64,000 nucleotides of DNA, taken from contig CM022665.1 in the NCBI GenBank assembly GCA_012295275.1, positions 21,824,001 through 21,888,000 of the forward strand, written 5' to 3'. Below the pieces are notes generated by a model. That model ran no database searches. It saw nothing but the letters and a program-made list of their open reading frames with translations, and was not told where the DNA came from. The DNA comes from Chrysomallon squamiferum. Its lineage: Eukaryota; Animalia; Mollusca. Made by a program: the position numbers and the translations under genes. This document shows, in pieces, positions 12,895 through 35,400 of this stretch. Numbering within the stretch: position 1 is the first letter of the stretch; each line of letters begins with the position of its first letter.

Positions 12895-13531
12895 TTAAAA
12901 ATAAAGAAAACAAAAACAAAAAATATTAGTAAATTTTAAAAAAAGAAAAGGAAAGAAAATGTTTGTTTTGTTTTTTGTTTTTTTAAATAATGAATAATAA
13001 AAACTGAACACTTTGCCTGTATTATTGGAACCACACAAAACAGAAGAAAAACAAATTAAGGAAATGGAAACAAGGAGAAACTGAAATATATATGAAGTAA
13101 TTATTAAAGAAATAGGACTATTTTACACTCTTCTTTGGATTAATGCAATTCTACAACCATTTTTTTTTTTAATGTTTTTGTTAGTTTGTTTGGGTTTTTT
13201 TGTTTTGTTTTTTAGGGGGTGTTTGATAATGAGTTAAGAAGAAATTTGTTTGTATTTAAAATTAATGAGATTTGAATCACTTCAGTTTTTGCTTCTTTAG
13301 TGAAAAAACAAACCTAACACACTTTATCTGAAAGGATCCATTTTCTGCCTTCTATTTACAAGCATAAAAGTTTGAAAGGAATTTGTTAAACCTCTCTGTA
13401 TTTTTCTCTTCCTTTCAAACCACAGCAAGAAAATTCTTTCCTTCAATTCAACATTATTATAAATAATGTTTTAACAAAATCATATAAATTTAAAAAAATG
13501 TTAACAGTATAGTTAATTTTTTAAATTATTG

Positions 13532-22815
<9,284 letters not shown>

Positions 22816-23258
22816 CATTATTTTATTTTTACTATAAATGGTTGCAAATTAATTCAGATATGAAATCAGATATTTAATATTTGTTTCTTGTGTCGGGACT
22901 TGTTAATTTCAGTTTCCTTGATGGTAATCTCCACTGAGTCTATACTTTTTAAGTCTTTCAGCAGTGGAAATGACATGTTTGTAGTGTACTACATTTCATT
23001 GTGAATATATTTTGAAGGAAAAGTTGCAGCTGTCAAAGGATCGGGCAGAGAAATATGAAAATTACATAATCTATTATTTATTAATCATTAAAACTTTTTA
23101 ATACAATTTAGACTATTACATCATCATGTAATCATGTTTCAGTTATGCCCTTCAAAGCTGAGTTTTATTTTCCATCTTTAGATTTCTGTTACTTTTTACC
23201 CATACTTTTTAACTGAATAAGATTGCTGTCAAATATCTGTTTCAAATTTAAAAGATAT

Positions 23259-23690
23259 GACAAAGTTTTATAAAGTATGTGTGTGGCTCTCCAATATTAT
23301 CCTAAATTTTTTTAATTTTTAGAATATAATACGCTATTGGAATAGAAAACTGTTTTGTCAAGCAGTATGTTAAAATTTGTTACTTGTCAGAATTAATATA
23401 ATAGTATTCTCTTAGATTAAACTGTACAAAGTTACACATTTTTATTTAAATAACACTGGCAAATAATTAAAAATAAAATTTAAAAAGGAAAGACAAAGTT
23501 TGATAAAATATGTGTATGGCTCTGTAAAATAATGGAAGAAAAAAAAAATAAAACATTAAATTATTTTCATTTAAAATATAAAAAATGCAGTTAGAATAAA
23601 AAGTAAACACATGGTTTTGTCATACAATAATATTTTTAAAAATTACTTGTCACAATTATTTGTAATAGTATTATTAGATTAAACTGTACA
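23259..23690. repeat. Diverged tandem duplication of about 230 bp upstream of the LPGAT1 coding start
   Basis: GACAAAGTTT.ATAAA.TATGTGT.TGGCTCT and TTACTTGTCA.AATTA...TAATAGTATT..TTAGATTAAACTGTACA each occur twice. Confidence 0.7.
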
Positions 23691-23901
23691 GAAATAGTTA
23701 TATGTTGGAATTAGAATTGGTTTTTAAAAAGATTCCCATCTCCATATACACCAAAACTCTAGTACTAAATATAAAAAAGAGTAAGATCTGAAAACCATTT
23801 TGCTGTAATTTATATTTATCTGCATACTATTCTATTTTCAGTCATTGCAATAAACAGTTAAAGAGGCGTTCAGAAACAGAATCTTGAAGAAATTTAGCAG
23901 C

Positions 23902-25436
23902 ATGCTGGGACTTATTATAGAAGTGGCAAAATGGCCATTGAAAATGATATATTATGCACTTAGAATGCTATGTATTCTAGCAACAAATCTCTATTCCATC
24001 CCTGCTTATCTTGTGTGGATGTTTTTGATGTGGCCCTTGCGTTTTATTTATTGGAATATGTACTGGAAAGTGGAGGCTCTGTTGTTTAAAGGCCTTCTTG
24101 CAATGACCGTTACCTGGCTGTACACAGGAGGATACAAAAGTAAGTGTATTTACTAAGTTTTAATGTTCCATTTTAAAGTCATTAACAAACATTGTGCTGT
24201 AAAATGTACTAATGCTTTATTTCATCCTTTAAAGTGTTTCTATGATGACATGATAAAAACAAAGTTTAAATATATTCTGCATATTTCCTTATTTGATGAC
24301 CTGTCTTTACTGTTAATGAAGTATAATAACAAAAGAGTACAAAGAAAAAATGTCATGTGCAGTGCAGACTAACTTGCTGATAAGTTTCTTCTAATATCCG
24401 AAACAGTAGTTACAAGTCCCCCCTTTATATATGAGTGTTATTTTAATTTTCTTGTCATATTTTGATATTGGTAATGATATGTTGAAGTACAAACCTTTTT
24501 CTACAAGGTAATTCATTTCTACTGCAACAGATACATAATAAGTTAATATGTGAATTAAAAACATTAAATATTTTGTGGATTTTAACCAATGATTTTTGAA
24601 TATTTATAACCTTTCTTAGATATTTAGAATCTTCTATGTTAATAATGAATTATCTATTTGGTTTAGAAAATTTTTGAAATATTAAATCATCTTAAAATCT
24701 TATATATATATATATATATGTATGTATAAATAGACAATACTTTTTTTTTTTTTTTTTAATTTAAAACAAAAATTTCAACTTTATTAATTTGTAGTATTTG
24801 AAAGTGGAGACGAAATCAGCAGACTATACAACCAGCCATCTTTGGTAATTTGCAACCATCAGTCAACAGCAGATATTCTCGTCCTCATGACAGCACTTCA
24901 AGGCAAGGGTCTGCTTGGAGGGCAGCTCATGTGGATTATGGACTACATTTTTAAATTCACTCATTTTGGATGGGTCTCCAGTGTGAGAAAAGATTTTTTT
25001 ATAAAGCAGGTATTGTTGTTATTATCATATAAAACCAGTCATCACAATGATCAAATGTTTAGTGTTAAGATACAGAAACTATGTTAAGAGTTATTGCAAA
25101 GTACATTGAACTTTGATATTGACATTGCATATTAAAAATAAATAAATTTAGAAGCAGCTCTCAAATAAAATGTAAAAGGGACTGCATATCTCCAAAACAC
25201 AGTTTAAAATATAAATTGTTAATATTAGAAATCACATGATAATGACTAACTTAGATAAAATAGTTAAGAAGATCTGGAAGGTCTCTTATACTTTATTTCT
25301 AAGCTCATAAATATAACATACTGATTTAAATATCAAAAAGTTAATTTAAATTTCAGAATTTTTAAAAAAAAATTCTTAATTGAGTCTTTTTCTTTTAATT
25401 AATTTCTTTTTTTTTATTTGTAATATTTTATTATTA

Positions 25437-25475
<39 letters not shown>

Positions 25476-27102
25476 ATTATTATTTTGTTATGTTGTTATG
25501 TTGTGAGTGTGTGGGTTAAGTAATAGCTTTTATTCTTCAGGGAAAAGATGTCAGAGTGTCTGAAATTGAAAGACTTGGGCATCATCTGAAGAGTTATTTC
25601 TTTTCAACTTACAAGAAGTGGGTTGTTCTATTCCCTGAGGGTGGTTTTCTTAGAAAAAGAAGAGATGCTAATATTAGGTAGCTGTTTCGCAACTTCATTT
25701 CCAAATAAATTTTTGTGTGAAATGCAGACAGCATTAATAAGAAAATATCAACATTTCACAGTAGTTTCCTAAATATGCCATTTGGGCTATTTCCTGTCCT
25801 AGCCAAAGGCAGTAAATAATAAAATTTCCTGTTTATGTGAAAACAGCTTCAGAATTAACTGAAGTGGATTTCCTCACTAATAAGTTATCCGCATCTATTA
25901 CTTAAGAAAAAGTATGAGGTGTAATTAAATATTTGTATTTACTTGTCTATGACTTCTCACATTTTTTATTTATTAGCTATTATTTCATTTATATTTTCTT
26001 TGTTTTCCTTTTTTTTTTTTTTTTTTTTTTTTTTGGTCATCTGTTTTTGTTGTAATATAAATAAATTATGAAGCTTATACATTTTTTTTCATTTGTAAAT
26101 ATTAAATTGAAGTGTTAATGAACAATGATGGTAAAACAATTGTTTTTGCAGATATGCTCAGCAAAATAATCTTCCCGTCCTATATAATGTAACTTTGCCC
26201 AGAACAGGTGCCATGAGCAAAATCATTGAGTCAATTGCAGATCAAAGACAGCTTGCTGTTGGAATACCACAGAAGGAACTGCCAAGTGGTAATGTTGTTT
26301 TATACACATGGACTAAATATACACTCTATCTACCATTTATTCATGTACCAATAAAACCAAATACATTATAATCTGTGGATAGGGGAGGAGAAAAAAAAGT
26401 ATACATAAGAACAAACATACAAGATCTAATTACCATTCGTGCCCAACAAACTATAAATATTCAAATATATAAATTTACATAACCTGCAGAATCAAATCTT
26501 TTTCCTTTATATATATTATCAGTGCCGTTACCAAAGTTATTTATCTGAACGTATCAAATCTTTTTCTTTCTTTTTTTTTAGATTTTGGTCTCATTAGAGT
26601 ATTGTGTATTTCTTAAACGTGATTATTTGTTTTCATTTAAATTGTAGTTCATTTGGTTTCATTACGTTCAAAGATAATGACTTATTTTGTTATTTCCATA
26701 GATCCAAACAGTCCTCGGTTGGAGTGGGTGATTGATATCACCATAGCATATCCACAAGGTCGTCCACTTGACCTTCAAGGAATCATTTTTGGATACTGGC
26801 CTCCTTGTAAGGTGTTGGTGCACTACAAAGCATACCCATTTGTAGACGTGCCAGCAGATATGGGAATACTTACAAAATGGCTGTATGATCGGTATGAAGA
26901 AAAAGAATGCTTGCTGAAATATTATTATGAAAATAAAAGAGTATGTGATTCTGAATTCCCAAGAAGATGTTTGCCTCTGAGAAATGAAGGTATTATGCAG
27001 ATTGATATCCTGCATATTTTACTTTATCACTTGTTCTTCCTAGTCTCAACCTATCTCCATATTGTTTATATCTATAGACCTCTTCTCAATTACTTCTTAT
27101 AA
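23902..27102 (+). CDS. LPGAT1: Acyl-CoA:lysophosphatidylglycerol acyltransferase 1, about 375 aa
   Basis: Exons 23902-24139, 24795-25009, 25541-25677, 26152-26288, 26702-27102 (1128 nt). NHQSTAD, FKFTHFGWVS, VLFPEGGFL, LPRTGA, WVIDITIAYP, KWLYDRYEEKE motifs. Confidence 0.93.
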
Positions 27103-30100
27103 AAAAATACAAAAATACCACACACAAAAAAAAATATTTGGTAATGCGAATGCATGTAGGAGAGACAGTTGTTTTACTGATGTTTATAACATGAGATGGT
27201 TTTATATTCCTTTAAAAAAAAAAAAAAAAAAAAAAAAAGAGTTAAATATTTAATGTTATTTTAATTTTTATGAAAACATTTTACTGTTATGGTTTCAGCA
27301 TGTTATTGTTCTAAAATGTTCATCCTGGGCTTTTTTCATGAAACACTAACAGTTTGTTTTCCACTCTAGGTGGATATTGAATTTTATTGTATTCAATTTT
27401 AAAAACCATTGAACTATTTATTTATTCAGAGATAAGCTTTCTTCATGATTTACCCTTGCATACAAAACATCAGATGATATCTGACTTGGTAAAAAAACAC
27501 CTATATTTTTAAAATGTCAGTTCTGTACATTTATTTATCAGACTGTACACAGTTTTAATTTTTACAGTTATTAATCTAAGGTTTTATTAAATCTTCATGA
27601 ATGAAGTACAACTAACATTTTCTTCTATCATTTTCATTTTTAATAATTTTATGGAATGTTTCTTTCAATTTTTTCTTTTAAAAATTTATTTTGACAAACA
27701 TCCACAAAATGTAATGACAAAATGAATGTAATAAGACATTTGAAAGTGCCAGTATAAATGTAAATATTAAGACTACTATAAAAAAAATGTATGCAGATAA
27801 CTCAGAAACATCGCACTTTACCACTTTGTATGTAACGGTTATTTCTTGCTGTGGGATTCTGACTAATATTTTGTTTGGGGTTTTTTGTTGTTGTTTTTGC
27901 TAATAGTAAGATGATTTTCATCTGATGTTAACATGTTTGTTACAGAATTGGTTTTTGAAATCAGTTTAAATTAGTCAAAATGAAATTATTTTTGTAATAA
28001 TATTTAATTCTTTAATAATATGGATGTGGATGTCTACTTTTTATGTATGCTTTTAAAAAACTATTGAGATTAAATCTCACATTATATAATTTCACAATAT
28101 TTGAGTCCTAGTTCTGAACCATACTTTTGGTGAAAAACATTAAACTGAATATTTCATTTAAAGAAAAAAAGTAATCCAGGAAAATACTGCCAAACCACTG
28201 CCAAACCAACTTTTGTTTGTTAATCTTTAATTAAAGATTACAGTTTAAGCTAAAATGAAGATGATTAAACATGATCATTTAAACAAGTTATCACCTCTGA
28301 CCCATTTATAAAAAGTAACTCATAAAATTTAATTAATCTTATGATTAATATATTTAATTTGGCATCTTGACATTGTGTGATAGTATTTTTGTGTTACTTG
28401 AAATAACTAAATATCTAACACCGAGTTTTAAGTTCTTGTTTTCATTAGTATGATTATCTTGTTTCTGTTTTTCCTTCGAACACTGAAAAATGTATTTATT
28501 TTAATTTTAATCAAAAATAGGTTTTGTAGCAGGTAACAAGAACAAATATAAATTATAATTTACTTTGTTTATTTTATCATTTTGTGAATGTATTATAGAG
28601 GATAGCACACATTGCATGTATCTGTCTTCCTCTATTTTACACACACAGAAATATTTTGTCATTTTATGTTAAAATTCTATGTAAATGCATGGTTGAATGC
28701 TCAAAGTCAAACCCATTGCAGTTAGCAAAATTAATTTCTTGTAACAGATTTAAAATATCTGTTGATAGTTTGATGTCATTATTAGCTAATGTATTTCTAG
28801 TTTTGAACAGATAACTTCTAATGCATAATATTCAGTTCACTACCATAAAAACTAGATAATATATTTAAACCATATTTTTATTTAATATGTCAATCCTAAT
28901 GTCAAAATAATTTTTAAAATATGTGGTAGTTTTTCTGTAATTTGGAATGTTTCATCGTTTTTCTATTATTATTTTTTTTTTCTATGGAATATATTTATAT
29001 TGCATAATAACCAGTTTCAGTATAATAAAATAATAATCTGAATTAAAAAGTTAATGCCTTTTGGAAAATACATTTGATTTTTTTTTCCTCCAACTTACAT
29101 TTTGACATACTACCAAAATTTGTATTAAGCTATTTTAAAATGTTTTTAAAACCTTGCATGCCCACACACACCAATTACAGATTAGAAATGTCATTTGCTA
29201 TTCTGCTACAAACTCGTTCTTTCATTTGTATATTTTAACAGTCTTATTGTTAACTGGTGCATAAGTTTGTAATTTATTTTTATTATTATTTTATGTTTTT
29301 TTTTTTCTTTTTTTTTTCGTTACCATTTTCTGCCTCAAGAAATATTTTGTCTGATAACAGCAAATTTAGGCCAGTTAATATATTCAGTAACTGTTATCTT
29401 ATTTATTACATGTGAATATTTGGTGAAAAGGAAACAATGTTTAATTTTTTAAATTGTAGGCTTGATTGTAGAGAAATGCTTCAAGATTTACTTTTCAGTA
29501 TTAAACTGTGATTGTCAAGCACAAATATATCCCTTTATTATTATTTTTTAAAGTGCCTTCTAACAGCAAATCCTGCTTTGTTGTCCATTTTTAGACTTAT
29601 ACATATAATCCTGACATATTTTTGGATTTGTATAGGACCTTTAAGTACTAATCTACCCATTATCTTTTATAAAATAACAAAAAAGAACAATAATAAATAT
29701 TTTTAAAAACACAAACATTTTTAATTTTCCGATGTAAACATTTTTTAAAATCACAGATACGATGGAATAATATTATGGTCATTAACAGTTAAATTTAAAG
29801 ATATATTTTATGAAGGATTTAAATTTTGTTATAAAAATTACTTCACACTAAATGAAATGTAATCTTTCTTTCTTTTCTTTTTTTTAAAATTATATTCATT
29901 ATGATTTTTTTGTTTTTTTTGTTTTTTTAAACTTTATTTTATTAGATCTGAAGTTAGTTAATCTAGTTAGTTACATTCAAAAGATTTTAAAGTTGTATGA
30001 TTAGTGATGGAGATTTATTTATGTTTAGAAAGCATTTATATTTATGAATAAAGTGCTATGGTTGAATATTTAATACCAATTTATTCTAAAATTCAAAATG

Positions 30101-32427
30101 TATAAATTACAGAGATCTCAGTTTTACAGAATTTTGCATAATGTATTGGAGAACATTAAATAAATATTAATGCAGCAGATTTTAAATATTTCTTTTAAAG
30201 GTACATAGCATTTCTCAGAATTTTAATTTGAATATTTGTTAAATATTTATTTTATATACTTGTTTCACAGAGAGCATTGTATGGTGCTATTTTATAAGAA
30301 ATATGTACTCTGTCAGAAGTATATACTTCATAATTTTAATATTTAAAAAAAATAACAAACCATATTTTCAAAGAACATTTTATGTTATTTTATTTATTTT
30401 ATGGTTTTTGTTTTAATTTTATAATACTCTAAGAACATTTTTATTCTTTTAATATGATACACTTCTGTGAGCAATATATTTAAATTTTATTTTTATTTGA
30501 TGTCATTATACCTCATGTAATGCAAACAGAAACCTTGTATTGCTTTTGTTGGTTTTAAGAATATATATCAATTAAACTGATATTTCAACAGATCAGATAA
30601 CAAAATGCACAGACTGAATCACACAGTCCAAATTCAAATTGTCTTTCATTTGCAGTTGAAATAACCTAGTTAATGTTGATAATTTTATTGCTATGGCTAT
30701 TTTGCTTGTGTTGTGCTCATAGCAACAGTTTTTGTTATAATGGTTTAAAAAATTTTAAATTGTATATAAGTTATGACTTGTTCTTTAAATGCATTACATG
30801 TTCATATAGAGGAATAATGATTTAACTGAAAGGCATTAATGACATTTATAGTGTTTGAATGTAAATATGAAATGTCACAGCTAAAACAAAAACAAAAAAG
30901 TAAATCTATTTAACAGCTGCTGTATTTCAGTATAATTAAAATAAAAAATTATAGAATTAAATTATATGTAGCAGTTTCATGTTTGTATAGAAACAAGGTG
31001 CTACGATAAAGAAATCAATTATTGTACACATTTTCTAGGGATAACCAAAAAAAAAAAGAGATTCTAACATTTATCTCAAGTATTTTATGACTAATTGACA
31101 GTTGTTAATTATAGGAATTAACGTCTGTTGGTTTTACATGTAACCTAAGATTTGTGATGAAACTGTTAAATTCAGTAGTATTTATCTTCATTTTTAGCAA
31201 TAGCAAAGAGTATACTAAATGTAGTAAGATTAATAAATAAAATAAAACAATATTTTATTATTTAAAACCATCCAAGTACAAGAACAAGTTATTAACAACA
31301 AAGTGTGTAAAATCATTTAGACAATGGTTTAAGGCAATCAAATGCTGAGATTACAGATACTTGACCTTCACAGGTCAAGTCACATTAGTGTTCAGACCAT
31401 TTGTATGACCACTGTCAGGTGCACTAAAAATAATTATTTTGATACATATCATCAGGTGAAATGCCAAGTTCTTTAGCAGAATCACTGACAATTTGTTTGA
31501 ATAAAGTCAGTAAAATCAATCCTTTTCCAAAAAGGAACTGAATATGCAAATCTATCATAATCAAGACTGCTGAGTTATTATTCAGACTGACAAGACAGTG
31601 TTGCATGCAAGACAATCTAGAGAATATTTTGTGGAACAAGATTTGAATGTGCAATGAACTGCAGCCACATATTAGCAATTTAGGCTTGGGTTTTGTGATG
31701 TCAATTTTGGGCTGTGAAAACAGTATTATTAGCATACCTATATTTGTAATTATGGTTACTCTTTATTATATAATTATCAAATATCAGTACAAGATGTTTG
31801 ATTGTATTTAAAGACATATCAGTTCTCTAGAGACAATATTAACCAGAAATCTTTGCTAACCTTTCTTCTCAGAGGACTTCTTTTCGATTTAAATTTCATA
31901 ACTGAGATGACAAGATTTTAGTTGCTGATGTCTTTAAAGGCAGCATTTAACAAAAACTCAAACCATTAATAACCAGCACATTTTATGAACATTCAAACAC
32001 AAAAATTAGTTTAAAAATTCTTTTTAAAACTTTTGTAAAATTTTAATATGTGAATTTATATTTTTCATTTCATTAAATATTATGTGAACAAAAATCACAA
32101 CAGCTTCATGATCTCATTTATTTTCTGTGAGAAAACCCACAAAAATTTTTAAATTATTTTTTCTTTTTTTTAAATTCTCAACATAAAATCTTAATGCAAG
32201 TTCATAGGCAAAATATAGATAAACATGTGTAATAAAAATTTCCGTTTGATAAAATTATTTTCAACTGTTAAAAAATACAAGTGATTGTGACATTACTATA
32301 CTTCATTAAATTTCAAATTCAAAATAATGGATTAAAAAATTTATTTTGTCCAAAACTGAGATTAAAAAGAAAATGGTCAAATTCATGTTCCCTTTTGGTA
32401 AAATAAAGTCAGATTTGTAAATTGATG

Positions 32428-35400
32428 CTAAATTAGACTGGTTGCTTGTAACTTTTCCCTTTGCCTGTAATAAAAATAAAGAAAATAAAGAGTTTTGTTG
32501 CTTTTATCATTGATATTATGTAACAGTTCAATTTGTTTTAAATCTTTTGAAAAATTGTATGTTTACTCAAAAGACAAATAAATAATTACTTATGTTTGTG
32601 GAGCTTCTTTTCTTTTTTTGTGGAAGTGTTTTTTGTTATAAAGATTTTTGAAACAATAATGACAGTAATAAAATGTTTCTTATATTTACCTTTTCAAAGC
32701 AAATTTTGAAAACATATCCTTTATACTTTTCTGATTTTCTAAACAACTTTTATTCTGTGTTTGTTTACTGGATGGTCTTGAAAGTCCTGAAACTCTGCAG
32801 ATTTTCTTCTCACAATCTGTACAAAACAACAAGTTTATTAATAGTTTCATGTCTCTGATAGATGAACACTATTTTAAAATGAAATTAGGCTTTTTGGAAG
32901 CAGATGAAAATTATTTCAAAAGATGAATAATAAAATATGTGCAGTTATTTATTTATTTATTTTTTTAAATATTACCAAAGATAATATAATGTATAAAATT
33001 ACTATGCAATTCCTATTTCTTGATATCAAATATTGTTAAAGTATTAAAAATAAATATAAAAAATTACTGCATTTTGAGTTCATCACCTATGTTATTTATA
33101 ATAAAGAAACCAACACATTAAAAATGTGTTCTCTTTAGAATCAAATTTGTTTACAAGATTATTTACTTACTTGATAGAGGTGTATTTTTTTTTAAAGTAA
33201 TTTGTTCGTCTTCATCTATATCAGTCAGATCTATAATATCTTGGCTGGACATGAAGTCAGAATCTATGCTTTCTAAGTTTGATCTCTGACTGAAACTTTC
33301 ATAATCAATTACTGATTCTCCTGAGGAATTAAGCAAAGAACTAGTCAATGCACTCAAAGTTGTGTCAGATTTCTGTGAGCTGGCTTTTGTTTCAATTGTA
33401 TCAAACTCAGTTACCAATGTATTAGAGGAAAAGGTATTTGTCACAGACTTCCCAGATGAAGACAAGAACTCGCTGATATTTTCTTCAGAATCCATTTTGG
33501 TACTTTCAGACTGTGTTGAAGTTAAAGAAGTATTTTCTATTTTGGCACCAGATCCTGACTTCATAAATGGTGTAAAAAAATCACTACTTTTTCTGTGAGA
33601 TGAGATTACAGGTTTAAATTGCTTGCTTGCTGATGAGTGGGTTGTGTTATGAGTTGATTTAGCAGATGTTTTGCTTTGGCCATATTTAAATTTGTCCCAG
33701 CTAAAGGCTGAACTAGGAGAGTGTTTTGGAGATTCAGTTGATGAACAGTGATGATTATTTTCAGTCTTCTTTGATGTACTGATAGATAAATTAATGCTGT
33801 TTATATCAGTGGTTAAATTCTCTGAAGGTGATTCATTAGCCCCTGATTTGTTATGAACATCTGAATAGTCTGCTGTCTTCATTATGCATTCTGCAGTCAT
33901 TTCTTTGTTTTTATCCACCTTTTCACTTTTTATATCGGAGGTATCTTCAGACTTTGCAAAAAACCTGCAATAAATTATTTTAATTTTAAAAACTATTGAA
34001 TATAAAAAGAATGAAATATGCACATTATTATATGCAAGTATGTTCTTATTGACAATTAGTACTATGAGTATATAAATAATCTGATAAATAAAATTTTCAG
34101 AATCATTTTCTAGGTCAGTACTAAATTTTAAACTAGTTAATAATTCGGAAATGGTTAATTACTGTTAACTTTTTGTAACAAGCAAGGATGATTTTTTTCA
34201 CTTAAAAGAAACAACAAAACAACAAAATTAAGTGAAACAAAAGACCAGTTACCTGCTACGAACTGTGACATCTGTCTTGGAAGCATTGAGGTTAAATTTC
34301 CTCTTCACCAGTGACGAAACAGCAAATTTATTTCTTCTTGGGTTCAAATGTATATTTTCTTTATTTTCCTCTATCTTCATGACAACTTCACCAATGTCTG
34401 CTGCACTCAGTTGTTTTTTTTGATCTGGAGATAGAGTTGATTTTGTCTCGGGTGAAGGTGCTTTTATGTCTGACAATTCAGAGGCAAATGAAGAATCTTC
34501 ATCACTTAATGGATCATCATTTGTCTCACTTTTATCATGGATATTTTCAGATTTTAGTCTCTTTGCTGCTGGTGAAAGTTCATCATAAAGGCTGCCAAGT
34601 TCAGTGTCAGATTTAACATCTTTGAAATCTGAATATAAGTGGCATAAAAAAAAAACTTTTAGTGTGTCTTTTCCAAAATTCAAATGCTGAAAATTTTATT
34701 TTTACAGTTTCCATAATTCATTCAAACTAAAATCTTTTATTTTAAAGTAACTGTAATTATTCAGAATTTGCCACAAAAAATAAAAATAATAGTTTTCTGA
34801 GAATATTACATCAATTAAAATATAACAATCCCTTCTTTAATAGAAATTAATATTAATTATTTATTATAAAGTCACAATTTCTTATTGGTCATAAAACTAC
34901 TAAAAGAGAACCATACGTAATTAACCTGTTTTAAAAATAAATATATAAAAGTTTACCTTCTATTTCTCTTGGTCTTTTAACAATTTTAGTTTCAACTGTT
35001 TTCTCTTTTCCCTTCAATACAGGTCTTTCTGCAGGCTGAATTTCTTTCAAGCCAATCTTTGGCATTGGTCTGTAATTTTTATCCCACATACTCAACATGT
35101 AAAGATGTTCAGACTTATTTTTTCTGCATTTGTTTGGCTGTAACAAAACAAATTTTAAATGTTATAAAAAAGAAAGTCAAGAATCAAATGAAGTCAGGAT
35201 TTCACACATAATTAATGCTCTGTTTAACTGTGAATGCTATCAGATTATTGCTTCATAAAACTGTTTTACAGTTACTCTAACCAACCCTTTATTTTTGCCC
35301 AAAAATTAACACCAGCACTGTTAATTAATAAATTTAAAAATGAATTTTGGAGCAATCTTTTAATAAGATATTATAAATATTATTATTATCAGAACATTTT

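Noticed and set aside
26668-27015. Antisense ORFs over real exons (also 33362-33598, 57218-57427, 57378-57614)
   Set aside because: Shadows of LPGAT1, EXO1 and USP coding exons, with no independent splice or domain support.
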